Shown here in pieces: positions 24,801-37,542 of a stretch of 64,000 bases of DNA. The position numbers and the translations under genes were made by a program. The DNA lies in NCBI RefSeq assembly GCF_902459465.1, contig NC_047080.1, forward strand, positions 496,001-560,000. Reading direction: 5' to 3'. The notes under the pieces were generated by a model. It ran no database searches, was not told where the DNA came from, and saw only the letters and a list, made by a program, of their open reading frames with translations. Source of the DNA: Asterias rubens. Its lineage: Eukaryota. The first letter of the stretch is position 1; every line of letters begins with the position of its first letter.

Positions 24801-27781
24801 AATTAAAAATTCACAAAAGAATCTATTAATCAAATTTTAATTTTGTATTCAGTCTATCCTCATATCAATGCACACAAACAGGAATTGTTTATTTTAATTA
24901 TTGATATCTACAGACCCTCTATCTGTGTGTGTATAAAGTTACCTTGACTGCAGGACTTGGCCGTTCTTTTTCCAGTAGACCCAAAGGCCTCACTCAACAC
25001 ACCAACTCCTCCCTCTAATTGAAGAACAGCCAGATCTAATGGGGAGTTGTGTCTGGTCATGTATATGACAGCAGCGTACTTCCAATGTATGTACGGATAG
25101 TCTAGACAAACTTGAACTACAGGTAGCGGGAAAATGTTGTCATGAATATTAAGAATTTATATCGAAATTGAGAGGGCAGATAATAAAATCATAAGGGAGG
25201 CTCATCATCCTTACTAACAGATGAGAAGCTATATTGTGAAGGACAGGGCTCATGTCCGAGCAGCAGGCATTCAAAGGTACCTTTTACAGTAAGGAAATAT
25301 GCAGCCAATCAAACAAGAAACACTGGGCCCAACCCCTTCTCTTTTCTCTTTTCTTTTTACATGTGTTCACAACAGAAGAGACCAATGACTGGCACTTGAA
25401 TCCAGACTCTGCTGGCTGACACAAAAGAGTTTGAGTCTGGTGCTCTTAACCACTCGGCCACGACACCCCATCCAGATATAGACTGAGCAAATCTTTGACA
25501 TATTTGTTTGGTTTGTTGTTTAAATGTTAACTCGTATCTCGAAGGAACCCAAAAAGTTTCCAGGGGTTGGAATATGCTTGAAACTCGCAGTCAACATCTT
25601 CCAGGCTGAGCCATAGTTTACCTTTAAGGCTTTCTGCCTTGTAGACCACATGACGGCAGGTTAGAATGAGCCCCTTCTTAGCATTGATGATCACACCTGA
25701 CCCCCACACTCCGCTAACCTTGATGAGAGCGACTGACCTCATGCACTGCTGGATCAGAGAGGGATAACTTGCTATATGTTGGGGAAAGATAAAGTGGACA
25801 TTATGCATAATAATCATATTATAGTAATAACTAGTTTTTATACCGCACTTTTCTATGGGTCTCTTCCTAACTAAGAGAGGTTTGTGGTAACACCATGCCA
25901 AAATCTCTTTTGAGAAGTGTTGGTTCTGAAACATGTTTACACTACCTCGAACAATGTGCGTCTACCATTTCTGCCTTTTCGGGGAGTCCATTCCTTTCCT
26001 GCACATTTTGACCCACTGCACGTTGTTAATAGAGTCCATTAACACTCAGATGTTTGCCTACCTAAACTGAGTTTCTTTGTAGTCCTTAGTCTTTCCGCTG
26101 TGAAGTCACTACTCACTGATGATGTAATAGCTCGATTGACATCCTTTGTTCTGGAGTCAATAACTCGACTCAGTGACTCGATAATCGCTCGTAGTGAGCA
26201 GACAAGTGTGAGTCCAATCCACTCATTGTTTTTCCAGCATAGCGGAGCTACGATGATGCCAGCAAGTTTACTGTGTGAGAAACAACAGTGACTCATTTAC
26301 TCACCTCGGATAATACAGAAACTTATGTTGGGCTCAAAGGTTAAATTCAGTTTTGAGAGCCACCCATTTTCCAATAAAAAGACTCCTTATGAAAATGAGT
26401 GAAAAAGCCTCACAGTCTCCAGTTTCACTTTAAACTTGTGTGAATTGCCCCCGTGGTTGATACCCTTCAAGTACACTTTGGGCAAAACTGAAAACAAGTT
26501 TGATAAAGTAAAAAAGTTTTACCTGTTATTTAAATACATCCCACCCCCTTCGGCTCCAGGTATACATCTAGCATCTGTCATAATGAGCTGGTGCCGTGGT
26601 CCGGCTACATTGCTTACAACTCCCATGCTAAGACTGTTGAGAAACACTGAAGGACACGTGGCACCAAACGGAGTGGCGCGCAGACAGACTGCGTTACCCT
26701 GTCGCACAGAAAAGTCATCTTGCAATGAAAGTGATCTGAAAATGAAACAAGTGAAAATGTTGAAAATGATCAAGTAACGTACAATAAAAGTCGCATGTGA
26801 TTTTCCAGCTAAATACCAGTGTTCTAGGTTTCGAGACTGGTCTCGGGTCTAAAGAGAGATTGGTTGGGAGATCTAAAGTACTTGGAACAGTTACCTGAGG
26901 AATTCTATTGGATGCCCAAGATGCTCCAAGTGTCTCTCACTCTCTCTTAGTTTCAGCAGAGCAAACCAACTAATGAAAGATTCCTCAGGGAGATTCTTAG
27001 ATACGGAGCTCAACCCAATAGGCTCCACGCCTGCACCAATAACAGCGTCTCTCTCAGATGTCTGATCTGATTGGTCTACACTACCCTCTTTACTGTCTGA
27101 GAATTCCCATCCGTCCCGCTGTGGTAGAAATGTCTTGAGAATATCATCAAAGTCTTGACATTTCCAAAGGATGATCAGATCAGCTCTGCGAGTGACGGTC
27201 CTACAGGTTGCTGGAAGAGGGCGTTGTCCTTGTACGGTGCTTGAAGAGGGTGGATTTGTCGGAAGAGGTTGTGATGCAGAGCTCTCAGGCAGAACGACAT
27301 CAATGAGGAACTGGGAGACACTACTTGCTGTGTAAAATGGAATGTCCTCTGAAAGGCAAAAGAACGTAGCCTCTATTTAACAAATGTCATTTTAGTTTGC
27401 ATCAGACATCAAGAACATCATTAATTTGTGTTACCCTACACTGATCAGGTATGACTTTTGGTCCGTTCAGAAATAGGGTTAGAGGAATAGGAAAAGAGAA
27501 CAACAGAAACAAAATGGCCTTTTACCAGTCTGTCTTTTTGTAGAAATGTTCAACTTTTTTGAGGAATGAAGCCCATGAGGTTTCTTCTTCAGAGTTTCTG
27601 CAAATACCAGACCACTAGTTAGGATTAATCCTTCCTTTGGCTCAATGACGACACCGCTGCAGCTGAACTCCTGCTGTGTTGGCTTGTCGCCCTCAACGCA
27701 ACCATTTGAGGGCGTTTTAATACCATCTTGTTGACGAAGACGAACAACACAGCTCTCGTTCAGACATCCGTGGCTGTCCAT
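21876..27781 (-). CDS. TYSND1: Peroxisomal leader peptide-processing protease (trypsin domain-containing 1), about 622 aa
   Basis: Ten coding exons with consistent phases: 27781-27526, 27348-26895, 26735-26523, 26270-26062, 25771-25622, 25116-24943, 24229-24108, 23335-23244, 22683-22589, 21979-21876 (1869 nt). The N-terminal degenerate protease domain has PFG...FLNSLSMGVVSNVAG...MTDARCIPGAEGG. The C-terminal domain has an intact triad: LILTCRHVV, DLAVL and TCAVHSGTSGGPLF, followed by FPHINFIIP. The protein ends in the PTS1 signal -IQSKL*. Confidence 0.95.
25391..25465 (-). mobile_element. tRNA-derived SINE head
   Basis: The reverse complement reads gtgtcgtggccgagtggttaagagcaccagactcaaactc..., a box A-type head. 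Related copies lie at about 54290-54475 (minus) and 57887-58030 (plus). Confidence 0.6.
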
Positions 27782-29279
27782 TTCTAAAGAAAATTCAACA
27801 AAGTCAGGGGTGAAAAAGTGGAAACTGATCTTAGTGTACTTTACATAATCCATTTGCAACAGGCTATCAATCAGCATCAGTGAAGAGTTGTAAGATTTAT
27901 AGTAAGATTATCATAACGTTGAATTCTTCTTGAGACTCGACAGTCTCAGTAGTTGCGATGACGATGCTAGTGACCATCCAACCATGGAGGAAGGACATTT
28001 TTATCTTATTGTTACACTCCTTTCATCACAATTTAATTGACAGTTTAAATGAAGATTCAAGATTGTTTTCACAAAATGTTACTTTTACATTTTTCTTTAG
28101 AAAAGGATGCAATTTTTTGACTAACATTACAAACAACCAACTTAGCCTGAGGTGGATAAGTGACTACCTTAACCTTGTGACAGAGAAATACTTGGGCAAT
28201 AATTGGTGGAGGTCGGATGAGTGATTCCCCCCCCCCCCCCCCCCCCAAATTCATTTGGGATGAACCGGCCAACTCTCGGAGGTAGGAACCGGCCAAGTGT
28301 TCAGGAACTCAGTCTTGACTCTTGAAAATCAAAGTTCCCAAAGTTCCACTAAAACAGCACCCAGCAAACGTAACAATCATTAGGTCCTCCCGGGTAAGGT
28401 AAACAAAATTCAATTGCAATTCTTACAGTTCCTAAATTTAGCCTACCAAATTCTGCTAGCATCCAGCAGCAGCAGCCTGAAGAAAGTTCGCCTCTTGCTG
28501 CACAGTGTTTACAGCAGACGACTGTTTATCATTAGCCACTTGCTAGCACTTGGTGGCGCTATTCACTGACTCACTTTTCTGTTTTGAAGGTCAGCAGGCA
28601 GCCTGGTCGCTGGTGAAGCTAGAGGTAAGAGTATTTTGTTTTGTCACAAAAGTTGATTGAAATATCTTTAAATGTTGTAGAATTTCGTTGTTTGAATGTC
28701 TACTTTTGTTTTACCAATTGTGACTAAAATTTGTGATTTTCTGATCAATCATTAGTTTAAAAAGAAGGACTGATCGAAACATGATTATTGACTATTCAAT
28801 TCCAACTGTTTTGTATTTCCTTGTTTACAAATTTTGGCGCGCCCAATAAACTGTCCCAACTGAAGTCTGGCCACCATGGCTCAACTATGTTGGGATTAAA
28901 CATGTATTATTGATTGAACATTAGTTGGTATTACCCGAAGCAACTGCTTAAAGTGTCAAGCAGTACCTGTAAAGTGTCATGACCACACGCTCTGAACTCC
29001 ACACTGTTTACTTGTCACTACAAACAATTATTTATAACAATACATTACAAAACAATACAATGATTAATGCTAGCAATGAATATGTATGTTTACAGTCGGT
29101 CTACGTCTAGCATGTCTAGGGACTACCTTAACACCCCCAAGGTATCACTGTGCTTAGTTGCGGTAACGTAACCCTCGTCCGGACGGCTGTAAGCTGGTAA
29201 GGAAGGAAGGTTACGTTATAATTGCAACTACACTGCGCTGCAATTTAAAAGTGTTACTCTCCTTGCATCATTCAGGATC
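27782..29279. promoter_or_regulatory. Putative bidirectional promoter and 5'UTR-exon region shared by TYSND1 and FBXL6
   Basis: The two start codons point away from each other 1.5 kb apart, and each is immediately preceded by a splice acceptor (tttctttag|AA ATG on minus; cattcag|GATC ATG on plus). A candidate plus-strand UTR exon lies at 28590-28624 (ttttgaag ... GAG|gtaaga), and an E2F-like TTTGGCGC at 28833. Confidence 0.5.
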
Positions 29280-32200
29280 ATGGCTGGAAACCAACAGCCA
29301 CGTCAAAGGGGAATATTAGGGGTACTGAAGCCAGCTGAGCCATTGCTGTTCTCGTTCCTCCCGAACGGAGCACAGGAATGGCCGTCTGATGATGACGAGG
29401 AAGATTCCGACTATGATCCGAATGTTTCAGCTGATTTTGGTGACGAGGATGGTGAAGCATCACCAACGGCAATATCTTCAAAAAAGAAGTAGGTTTATTA
29501 GTTGATTTATTTTTCCTTCAGAAGGTTTTGCTAATGTCGAATGCATCAGGGATAAAGATTGGAGACCAACATTTAATTTAGAAAATAATATTTCCTAAAC
29601 TTGTTGGTGATGAAGCACAGTGCGGCACTCAGTGCTTCTTGAGTTCTCAAGGAAGAAAATCCACAGACACCTCTGGAGGGATTTGAACCCACAACCCAAA
29701 TGTTAAGGGAGACTTGTTTACTGCCAGACAAACAAGCCTGTGGTGATGAGAGACTAGCTGTACATTAATTTGAAGATTGGAAACAATTTTAAGAATTTAA
29801 TTTAGAATATAGAACATCCCTTGTACACTGCTTTTAGTCATTTCTTCATCATTAATCCATGGCCATTCACCCCGCCAAACAATGTTTATAAATATGAGCC
29901 CTACTTGTTGTTTTTGTTTGTCCTCATTGGATTATTTAGAAACACTTTTTCTGTTTATTAATCTTTGCAGGCCAAAAACCTCTAAAAAGGACACTATTCC
30001 CTCTAGATCAAAACAGAAATCAAAAGCAACAAAAAAGTCACAGAAACCAGCAAAAGGAGTGAAGACAGATAAAAGGAAAGCAGCAAAAAGACGAAGGACT
30101 TCAGCGCCATCCTCAAAAGGTCAAAAGGTTCCAGATAGAAATGACAGTGAAGTTCAAAGGTCAAGCTTCGGAGACCCCACTTTGTGGGGTCAGAGGTTAC
30201 CACTGATTGTGCTTCAGAAGGTGTATCAGTATGTGGTGCAATCATCCGGGGCTATTCCATTTCTGTGCAGGTAGGTTTTTTTTTCAGTTGAGCCTTCCCT
30301 CCATAGTCAAAGTAAGTTCAAACAAAATCTGACAAAATAATAGTTCTGAAGTTTGATTCATATGGAAATGCAGAACGAGAAAGCTCAATTAAAGATTTTA
30401 TGATTTTCGCCACAAAAGAATATCCTTTTCAACAGTGGGTGTTATTACATTGTCATTACGTGGGTCGTTAAACTTCATAGATTAGCATTTAATCTGCCTG
30501 GGGCAGTCAGCAGCCCTATTGGTTTGTGCATGATCCAATTAAGTCCTTTGTTTGGGAACAGAATTACATTGAGATAACAGGTGTGAGTTGCCAGATGAAA
30601 CAATGTTTTATTTTAGCCTGTTTCTTTGATGAAGCTTTCCAGTAATATGTTTGACACAAAAATTCTTCTTAGTTTCAAAAGTCTTCCTTAACAGTTTTCT
30701 GATATTTTTTTTTGTAGAGCGTGTAGAGTTTGTAGACTGTGGAGAGAGGCTGCCGTTCATTCATCGCTATGGCAACATCTTGACTTAGCCAATGGGAGAA
30801 TCAAATGTACGGATGCCACGTTGGATTGGCTGGCACAGAACAGATTATCACAAGTGAAATCAATTAACTTAGGAGGTTGGAAAAAGCTAACCGATGAAGG
30901 AATTAAGGTAATTTCAGAAGAAGCAACCTCTTTTTCTTTTTTCAACCTCTTTTTCTTTTCCCACACTTTCTCTCCCATGAGACACTTTGCGGGCAACCAT
31001 TTCAAGGCAATCTCCAAGACGAGTGTCTAGCCTAAGGATACTGGAATGGAATTATTTAAATTGTTGTTTTTCTGATGACGGTTTCAGGCGTTGGTAACTC
31101 ACTGTCCAAAGCATCTGACTACCATTCAGCTCAACGGTTGCATCAAACTTGGCTCTAAGTCTGTCAACGCTTTGGCCGATAGTTGCCCAAAGCTTCACAC
31201 CTTGGACCTGTCAAACAGCAATGTAAGTAGCTGCTTAAATCTCCACACATTAGAAAGGCACTATATTCTTTCTACTGTAGTCTGATTTCCGATTTGTTTT
31301 GCCCTTTTGGAAAAAACAGAAAAATTGTGATTAAATGGTATGAAATGTATATAAAAGTCTATATCATGCGTATATTTCTTTCCACCTGAGACCATGTTTC
31401 TCCCTCGTGCTAATTAATTTCATTCTCCTTTTGTGTAGGCAGACGTTGTAAGCATTAGTAGTATGACTAATGTTCTGCAGAGCCTCGGCAGCCGATTACG
31501 AGTCCTGAGTCTTGCTTCAAATAAACTGAAAGCAGGTCCCATCTTAAAAAGTCTCATGGTAAGAATCTTGGCCCAAGTTCAAGGAGGTGCTTAAGCAGAA
31601 AATATAGACCAACTAGACTACAGAGATTGCCCGATAGCTAGAGAGGCAGTTCGAATCCTATGTTTTGGCAGCAGGTACCGCAACGATAAAAGGTTGTGAT
31701 AGTTACTTACAATCACTTAGTTACCTGTTCATGTTTGTTATGTTGTCATTTAGCCTTCGAGAGAGACTCTGCTAGGGTCGAAACGTCAGGCCATTAACTA
31801 TTTGGTTTCTTTTTTTATTGTAAAAGACATACTGCAGTAATCTGACAACTTTAGATATCTCCAACTGCAAGTTCTCTTCTGACTTCCTGATGTTACACAT
31901 TGAGGAATTCCAACGAGGCTGTCCCAAGCTACAAGTATTAAGATTAGCTGGCTGCATGGTCAGGGCAGGCCAGGCTACCACTAAAGCTCAGGTACATGTA
32001 GTGTAGTTTAAGTTGTTTGTATCATGTTTCTTCTGAATCCACTTACACGCTGAAATTTTAAACGCGATACAGAGTATCTGTCAGCAGTGTACATTCAGTC
32101 CTGTATGCCTCATTTTTGAAGGGCAAGGGCACCAAGGCGTTTTCTCCTTGGTTTAAAGTGCACCCTATGAGGATATTGTAAATTTCTTCTGTAGCATTTC

Positions 32201-34061
32201 AAGGGCACCAAGGCAATGAATGGTTTTAATAGCGCAAATGTTTTTTGTTCAACAATTCAAATAATGTTATCCAAACTGATAGAAAATAGTCTGGCCCTTT
32301 TTTCACACAACATGAATTATATAAATGACTGTTACTGCACATGGGGAACATGACCAATATGGTGGTATCATTATCCATTTTATCAGGCAGCGTCTACAGG
32401 TTTCCCTGATCTTCAAGAACTCAGCCTGGCAGTGAACACCGATATCAACGTGTCTAATGGAGGAATCGCTATAGATGATAACATGCTTCTAAGACTCCTA
32501 GTGAAATCTCATCAGCTTAGGTTACTGGACCTCAGGGGCTGCACTCATATCACTGCCGTTGGGATACAAGTAAGAAAAGTGTCATGACAGGGAACTACGA
32601 CTAATGACGTCATATTTACTAAACAATACCTCGCTGTCGGACAAACATTCCAAAACTCAGCAATCTACGCATCATTGGTATGCTAGATCACAGTAGTACT
32701 AGTACAGTCAGTACACACATGTAAACATATAGCGTTGAAGGGAAACAACCAGGCCGACCCAGACTAGGATGGTTGAATCAAGTAAAGACTCTAACAGGCA
32801 TGTCACTCAACAAAGAAAGATCGTATTGGAGTTTCTTCATGCGAACTGTCTGTTATGACGCGATCAATTAAAACAAAGATTTTGGGTTTTATCACTGATG
32901 CAAGAATTCCATTATTGAAACATATGTTTGTCTTTGTTTTTTGTTTTTCTGAATAACAGAGACTTCCAGTGTATGATCTTCAGCATCTGTTTATATCACA
33001 GTGTTCAGTGTCACGCTACGAAGGAATAGAAGCAATAGTACAAAAGGTATGTACAGTGAAGGCTGTGATGGCAAAGAGAAAAAGGGGACCATTGGGTTTT
33101 AGTATAATGTGGATAGTTTTACAGGCCTCGGCCCAATATCATAGAGCTGCTTAAACACACTAAGTAGCTGAGCATAGAAATATTATCCTTACCAGAATCA
33201 GGATAGTAATAGATCAAAAAGTAAAATGTCAAAGAAATGAAACTTGATTCCTTTTGTAATTTATTCCTTGCACAGTGGCGACACAGCTTGATAGAGCTTG
33301 ACTTATCATGGAACGTATTCCCAGCCATGTCGCTGGACATCGCTATACAGAAGTTATCGAGTGTGCCCGGTCAGTCCGTACTAAGAGATATCAATCTGGC
33401 AGGGACGTCCATCACGGCCGAAAGAGTCAGGTGAATATTGCAGCCCCAGCCCCCCCCCCCTCCCCCATCCCCTCCTGTCAGCCCTTCTTAATGTGTACCC
33501 ATGCCGTATCCAGTCCTCAAATGCATTGTTGCAATCATATACTGTTTGAAGCCAATTTTTCAAAGCGCCTTACGCAATTCCTACCCCAGTTGATCTGGTA
33601 CAAGGCATTCTTTAAACAATCTCAACTCCTGAGGAGTGTGCAGCCCCAGCCATCTAATTGGCTCACATGAAGCTTATCAATCAAAGTCACTACCTCTACC
33701 TATGCAGATGCCCATTTAACTCCCAGGTGATGAGAAGCAATAATGTTCTAATTGACTTGAATTCTAACCCACACTCTGATGAATGGGTCGCTAGAATTTG
33801 AATCCCAAGCACTTGAACTTTTTGTAAGGCTTTAGCCACAACACTAAAACAAGGAGACTTGTTTGAAGAAAGAAGTTGTATTATTATTTGTTTGCCTGTA
33901 GGTCCATTTTAGAGGGATGTCCATCACTTGTATCACTCAATCTTGCCTCTTGTCGTGGGCTACCTCGTGGGATGAAGCGCAGCTATTCAGGGGAGTGTCT
34001 GGTACAACTCAAGACTGATCTCAGAACAGCCTCACCAAGTAGCTTGGAGTATGTTGACTAG
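29280..34061 (+). CDS. FBXL6: F-box/LRR-repeat protein 6, about 567 aa
   Basis: Ten exons with consistent phases: 29280-29488, 29971-30270, 30718-30907, 31088-31222, 31439-31558, 31827-31991, 32387-32569, 32960-33046, 33276-33430, 33902-34061 (1704 nt). An acidic/basic N-terminus is followed by an F-box (WGQRLPLIVLQKVYQYVV...IPFLCRACRVCRLWREAAVHSSLWQHLDL) and LRRs with FBXL6-type segments (QRGCPKLQVLRL, GFPDLQELSLA, LRLLDLRGC, LIELDLSW, CPSLVSLNLASCRGLPRGMKR). Confidence 0.9.
31753..31792 (+). other. Degenerate minimal hammerhead-ribozyme-like motif of the Penelope-like-element type, in FBXL6 intron 5
   Basis: gcct-tcgagaga-gactc-tgcta-gggtc-gaaa-cgtc-aggc gives stem I (gcct/aggc), stem II (gactc/gggtc), GAAA and a GUC triplet. 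The core deviates from CUGANGA. Confidence 0.4.
32734..32840 (+). mobile_element. 3' fragment of an RTE-clade LINE in FBXL6 intron 7
   Basis: Translates as VEGKQPGRPRLGWLNQVKTLTGMSLNKERSYW, resembling the EGKR-GRP-W-D...DR-W C-terminal tail typical of RTE ORF2. Confidence 0.55.
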
Positions 34062-35282
34062 GGCTTCACCAGACACCTAGAGACTGTGGACTAGGGCTTC
34101 ACCAGACACCTAGAGACTGTGGACTAGGGCTTCACCAGACACCTAGAGACTGTGGACTAGGGTTTCACCAGACACCTAGAGACTGTGGACTAGGGTTTCA
34201 CCAGACACCTAGAGACTGTGGACTAGGGCTTCACCAGACACCTAGAGACTGTGGACTAGGGTTTCACCAGACACCTAGAGACTGTGGACTAGGGCTTCAC
34301 CAGACACCTAGAGACTGTGGACTAGGGCTTCACCAGACACCTAGAGACTGTGGACTAGGGCTTCACCAGACACCTAGAGACTGTGGACTAGGGTTTCACC
34401 AGACACCTAGAGACTGTGGACTAGGGTTTCACCAGACACCTAGAGACTGTGGACTAGGGCTTCACCAGACACCTAGAGACTGTGGACTAGGGTTTCACCA
34501 GACACCTAGAGACTGTGGACTAGGGCTTCACCAGACACCTAGAGACTGTGGACTAGGGCTTCACCAGACACCTAGAGACTGTGGACTAGGGCTTCACCAG
34601 ACACCTAGAGACTGTGGACTAGGGTTTCACCAGACACCTAGAGACTGTGGACTAGGGCTTCACCAGACACCTAGAGAATGTGGACTAGGGCTTCACCAGA
34701 CACCTAGAGACTGTGGACTAGGGTTTCACCAGACACCTAGAGACTGTGGACTAGGGCTTCACCAGACACCTAGAGACTGTGGACTAGGGTTTCACCAGAC
34801 ACCTAGAGACTGTGGACTAGGGCTTCACCAGACACCTAGAGACTGTGGACTAGGGCTTCACCAGACACCTAGAGGCTGTTGACTAGGGCTTCACCAGACA
34901 CCTAGAGACTGTGGACTAGGGCTTCACCAGACACCTAGAGACTGTGGACTAGGGTTTCACCAGACACCTAGAGACTGTGGACTAGGGCTTCACCAGACAC
35001 CTAGAGACTGTGGACTAGGGTTTCACCAGACACCTAGAGACTGTGGACTAGGGCTTCACCAGACACCTAGAGACTGTGGACTAGGGCTTCACCAGACACC
35101 TAGAGACTGTGGACTAGGGCTTCACCAGACACCTAGAGACTGTGGACTAGGGTTTCACCAGACACCTAGAGACTGTGGACTAGGGTTTCACCAGACACCT
35201 AGAGACTGTGGACTAGGGCTTCACCAGACACCTAGAGACTGTGGACTAGGGCTTCACCAGACACCTAGAGACTGTGGACTAG
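34062..35282 (+). repeat. 33-bp minisatellite, 37 near-identical units, starting at the FBXL6 stop codon
   Basis: Unit GG(C/T)TTCACCAGACACCTAGAGACTGTGGACTAG. The period is exactly 33 (1221/33 = 37). By my count 13 of 37 units carry T at the variable site. Degenerate units continue to about 35400. Confidence 0.97.
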
Positions 35283-35793
35283 GGCTTCACCACCAAGTAC
35301 CCAGAGAAGTATTTGTGGACTAGGGTTTCACAAAGCACCTGGGAGTATGTGGCTATGCACCTAGGAATATGTGGACTAGGTCTTCACCAAGCACCTAGCA
35401 TTATGTCTTCATCAAGCACTATATTTTGAGCACTCCAAAGTTGTTCCGGGCTTTAAAAACTCTCAGCTGTAAGTCAGTTCAGTACACAGGCCAGTCGACA
35501 TGAAGTTTGAAAAAGCAGTGCAGACTGTACAATGTACCAGAGATTGTAAATACATGTATTTATCAATTTTTCTACAACAATTTATTGTATTTTGTACAAA
35601 GTATTTTGCAATTTTTGGTGTGGATATTGACCACTCAAGAAACTCAAAGATTTATGATAATGTACCTGTACAGTCCAATTGATAATACAAATGTATTTGT
35701 AACAAAAAACAAAACCAAATCTTATTTAATTTCTGTTATTTATCATGTTAAAGGGTCTGTGTACTTTTTGTACCAAAAAATACAATGTTACCA

Positions 35794-36085
35794 GATTGAC
35801 ATTTACAGCTGAGCTGCTGTAGACTGATTGACATTTACAGCTGAGCTGCTGTAGACTGATTGACATTTACAGCTGAGCTGCTGTAGACTGATTGACATTT
35901 ACAGCTGAGCTGCTGTAGACTGATTGACATTTACAGCTGAGCTGCTGTAGACCGATTGACATTTACAGCCGAGCTGCTGTAGACTGATTGACATTTACAG
36001 CTGAGCTGCTGTAGACTGATTGACATTTACAGCTGAGCTGCTGTAGACTGATTGACATTTACAGCTGAGCTGCTGTAGACTGATT
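35794..36085. repeat. 32-bp minisatellite, 9 units
   Basis: Unit GATTGACATTTACAGCTGAGCTGCTGTAGACT, each containing the inverted repeat TACAGC-n6-GCTGTA. Confidence 0.97.
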
Positions 36086-37257
36086 TTAGGGATGACATTT
36101 AGTGGTGGAATGCGTGTCCGTCATTTGTGAACATTTTCAGCAAAACTTACATCATTAGTCCAGATTGCTTTTAGGCATAATGGGGGGGGGGGGGGGGGGT
36201 TGGAATGAAACTATACACAATGTATTAATAGAACCTGACATGCTAAAGGCACAATTTTCTTTGAGGATGGGGTTTCTGCACGTCTTTAATACAAATATTA
36301 ACAACTTTGAATGATCCCTGAAGTCACCAATAAAGAAACTTTCATAAACTGAATAGTGTGCCATCATAGTTTTTATTATTGTTACATGATTCATCATGAC
36401 TTTTTACAAAACACATAATTTACTTAATGTAGAAAAAAACAAAGTACTTGCAGATGGAAGGTGGTTTAATAATGCACAAATAATTTGAACTTGTATTTAC
36501 ATATTTACAAATGAGTAGAAAGTATGCACCATGCTGGTAAAGCTTGCATAAATGCTGTTGCATAATGATGTGGACAAAAACAGTTTATAATTTAGTCAAT
36601 CTTGATCGTCTAATTTAGGCACCTGAACAATTAGGTTTATTTGATGGATTTGAAAGCAAGGAGCTGCCACCATGATCACTAGAACGTTTTTTTTTTTTGC
36701 AAGACAATTTGAAAGAATGCCATTTGTGAATTTTTCACAAAGCGGGCGCTTGCTTCACTGTGTCACCAAAGGTGTTGACTCCAAAAATGGCGCCACCAAG
36801 ATTAATGATAGGCCTGTCAATTGGGTCAATTGGTACAGTAACAAGTCGACTGGTTTCATTCTTAAAGCTCATTGGTTATAAAATAATACCAGCAATGGCA
36901 TGAATCTCCATGGGGAGATACTTCTTTCTGAAATAATGTCAAAGTTTAAGAAATAGTATTCGAATACCCTGCAAACTACGATAGCTTAAATTTAAATTTT
37001 CTCAAACGAACTAAGCCTGAAAGCAATGTGAACATGCACAAACATTCTTGACAAAACATGAAACTGGTTTAAAAATCAGGCATGATAGTCAGTTCTTGGA
37101 AAAAAGGGGCAAAACAAATCGGAAATCAGACACTTTAGAAGGAAGGATATCATGTCTTGAATTGGTTGAAAAGAAATGTCACCTCTTAATTTGAGTGTTG
37201 ACAGTTTGGTTGTGTGTACAACATGTATTAAAGAACTAGAGGATTGGAATTAAATAA

Positions 37258-37373
37258 CAAGCCTGGAATTTCATGGAGGCCCTGGCCTCTCCGTTGCCCA
37301 TAGATTTTCCAATGGAAGTGTCCTTTGAAAAATGAAATGGCCTTGCCCTCTCAAAGATGAAATTCCACGCCTG
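37258..37373. mobile_element. MITE family with CAGGCCTGGAATTTCAT-type inverted ends
   Basis: caagcctggaatttcat ... atgaaattccacgcctg. Related copies or fragments at about 5150-5285, 55437-55593, 58030-58110 and 63149-63386; the ggcaacaaagccaagacca repeats at 1-130 also look related. Confidence 0.65.
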
Positions 37374-37542
37374 AGAAAACTATTCCAAAAAAGATTGTTC
37401 AATCACTCCATTGTTGTATTCAGTGACAAAATAATCATCAGGAAATACAACTTTGGTTGCACTCTGAAGGTTATCTTAGCTACATTTAAAACACTGCTAT
37501 GGAAACAGACGTTGATATTCTTACAGTCTCTGTAAAGTTATT

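Noticed and set aside
34057-35290. About 410-codon stop-free frame (GLHQTPRDCGL)n through the 33-bp array
   Set aside because: No start codon, a TGA directly upstream and no obvious acceptor. One open frame is unsurprising in a repeat whose length is divisible by three.
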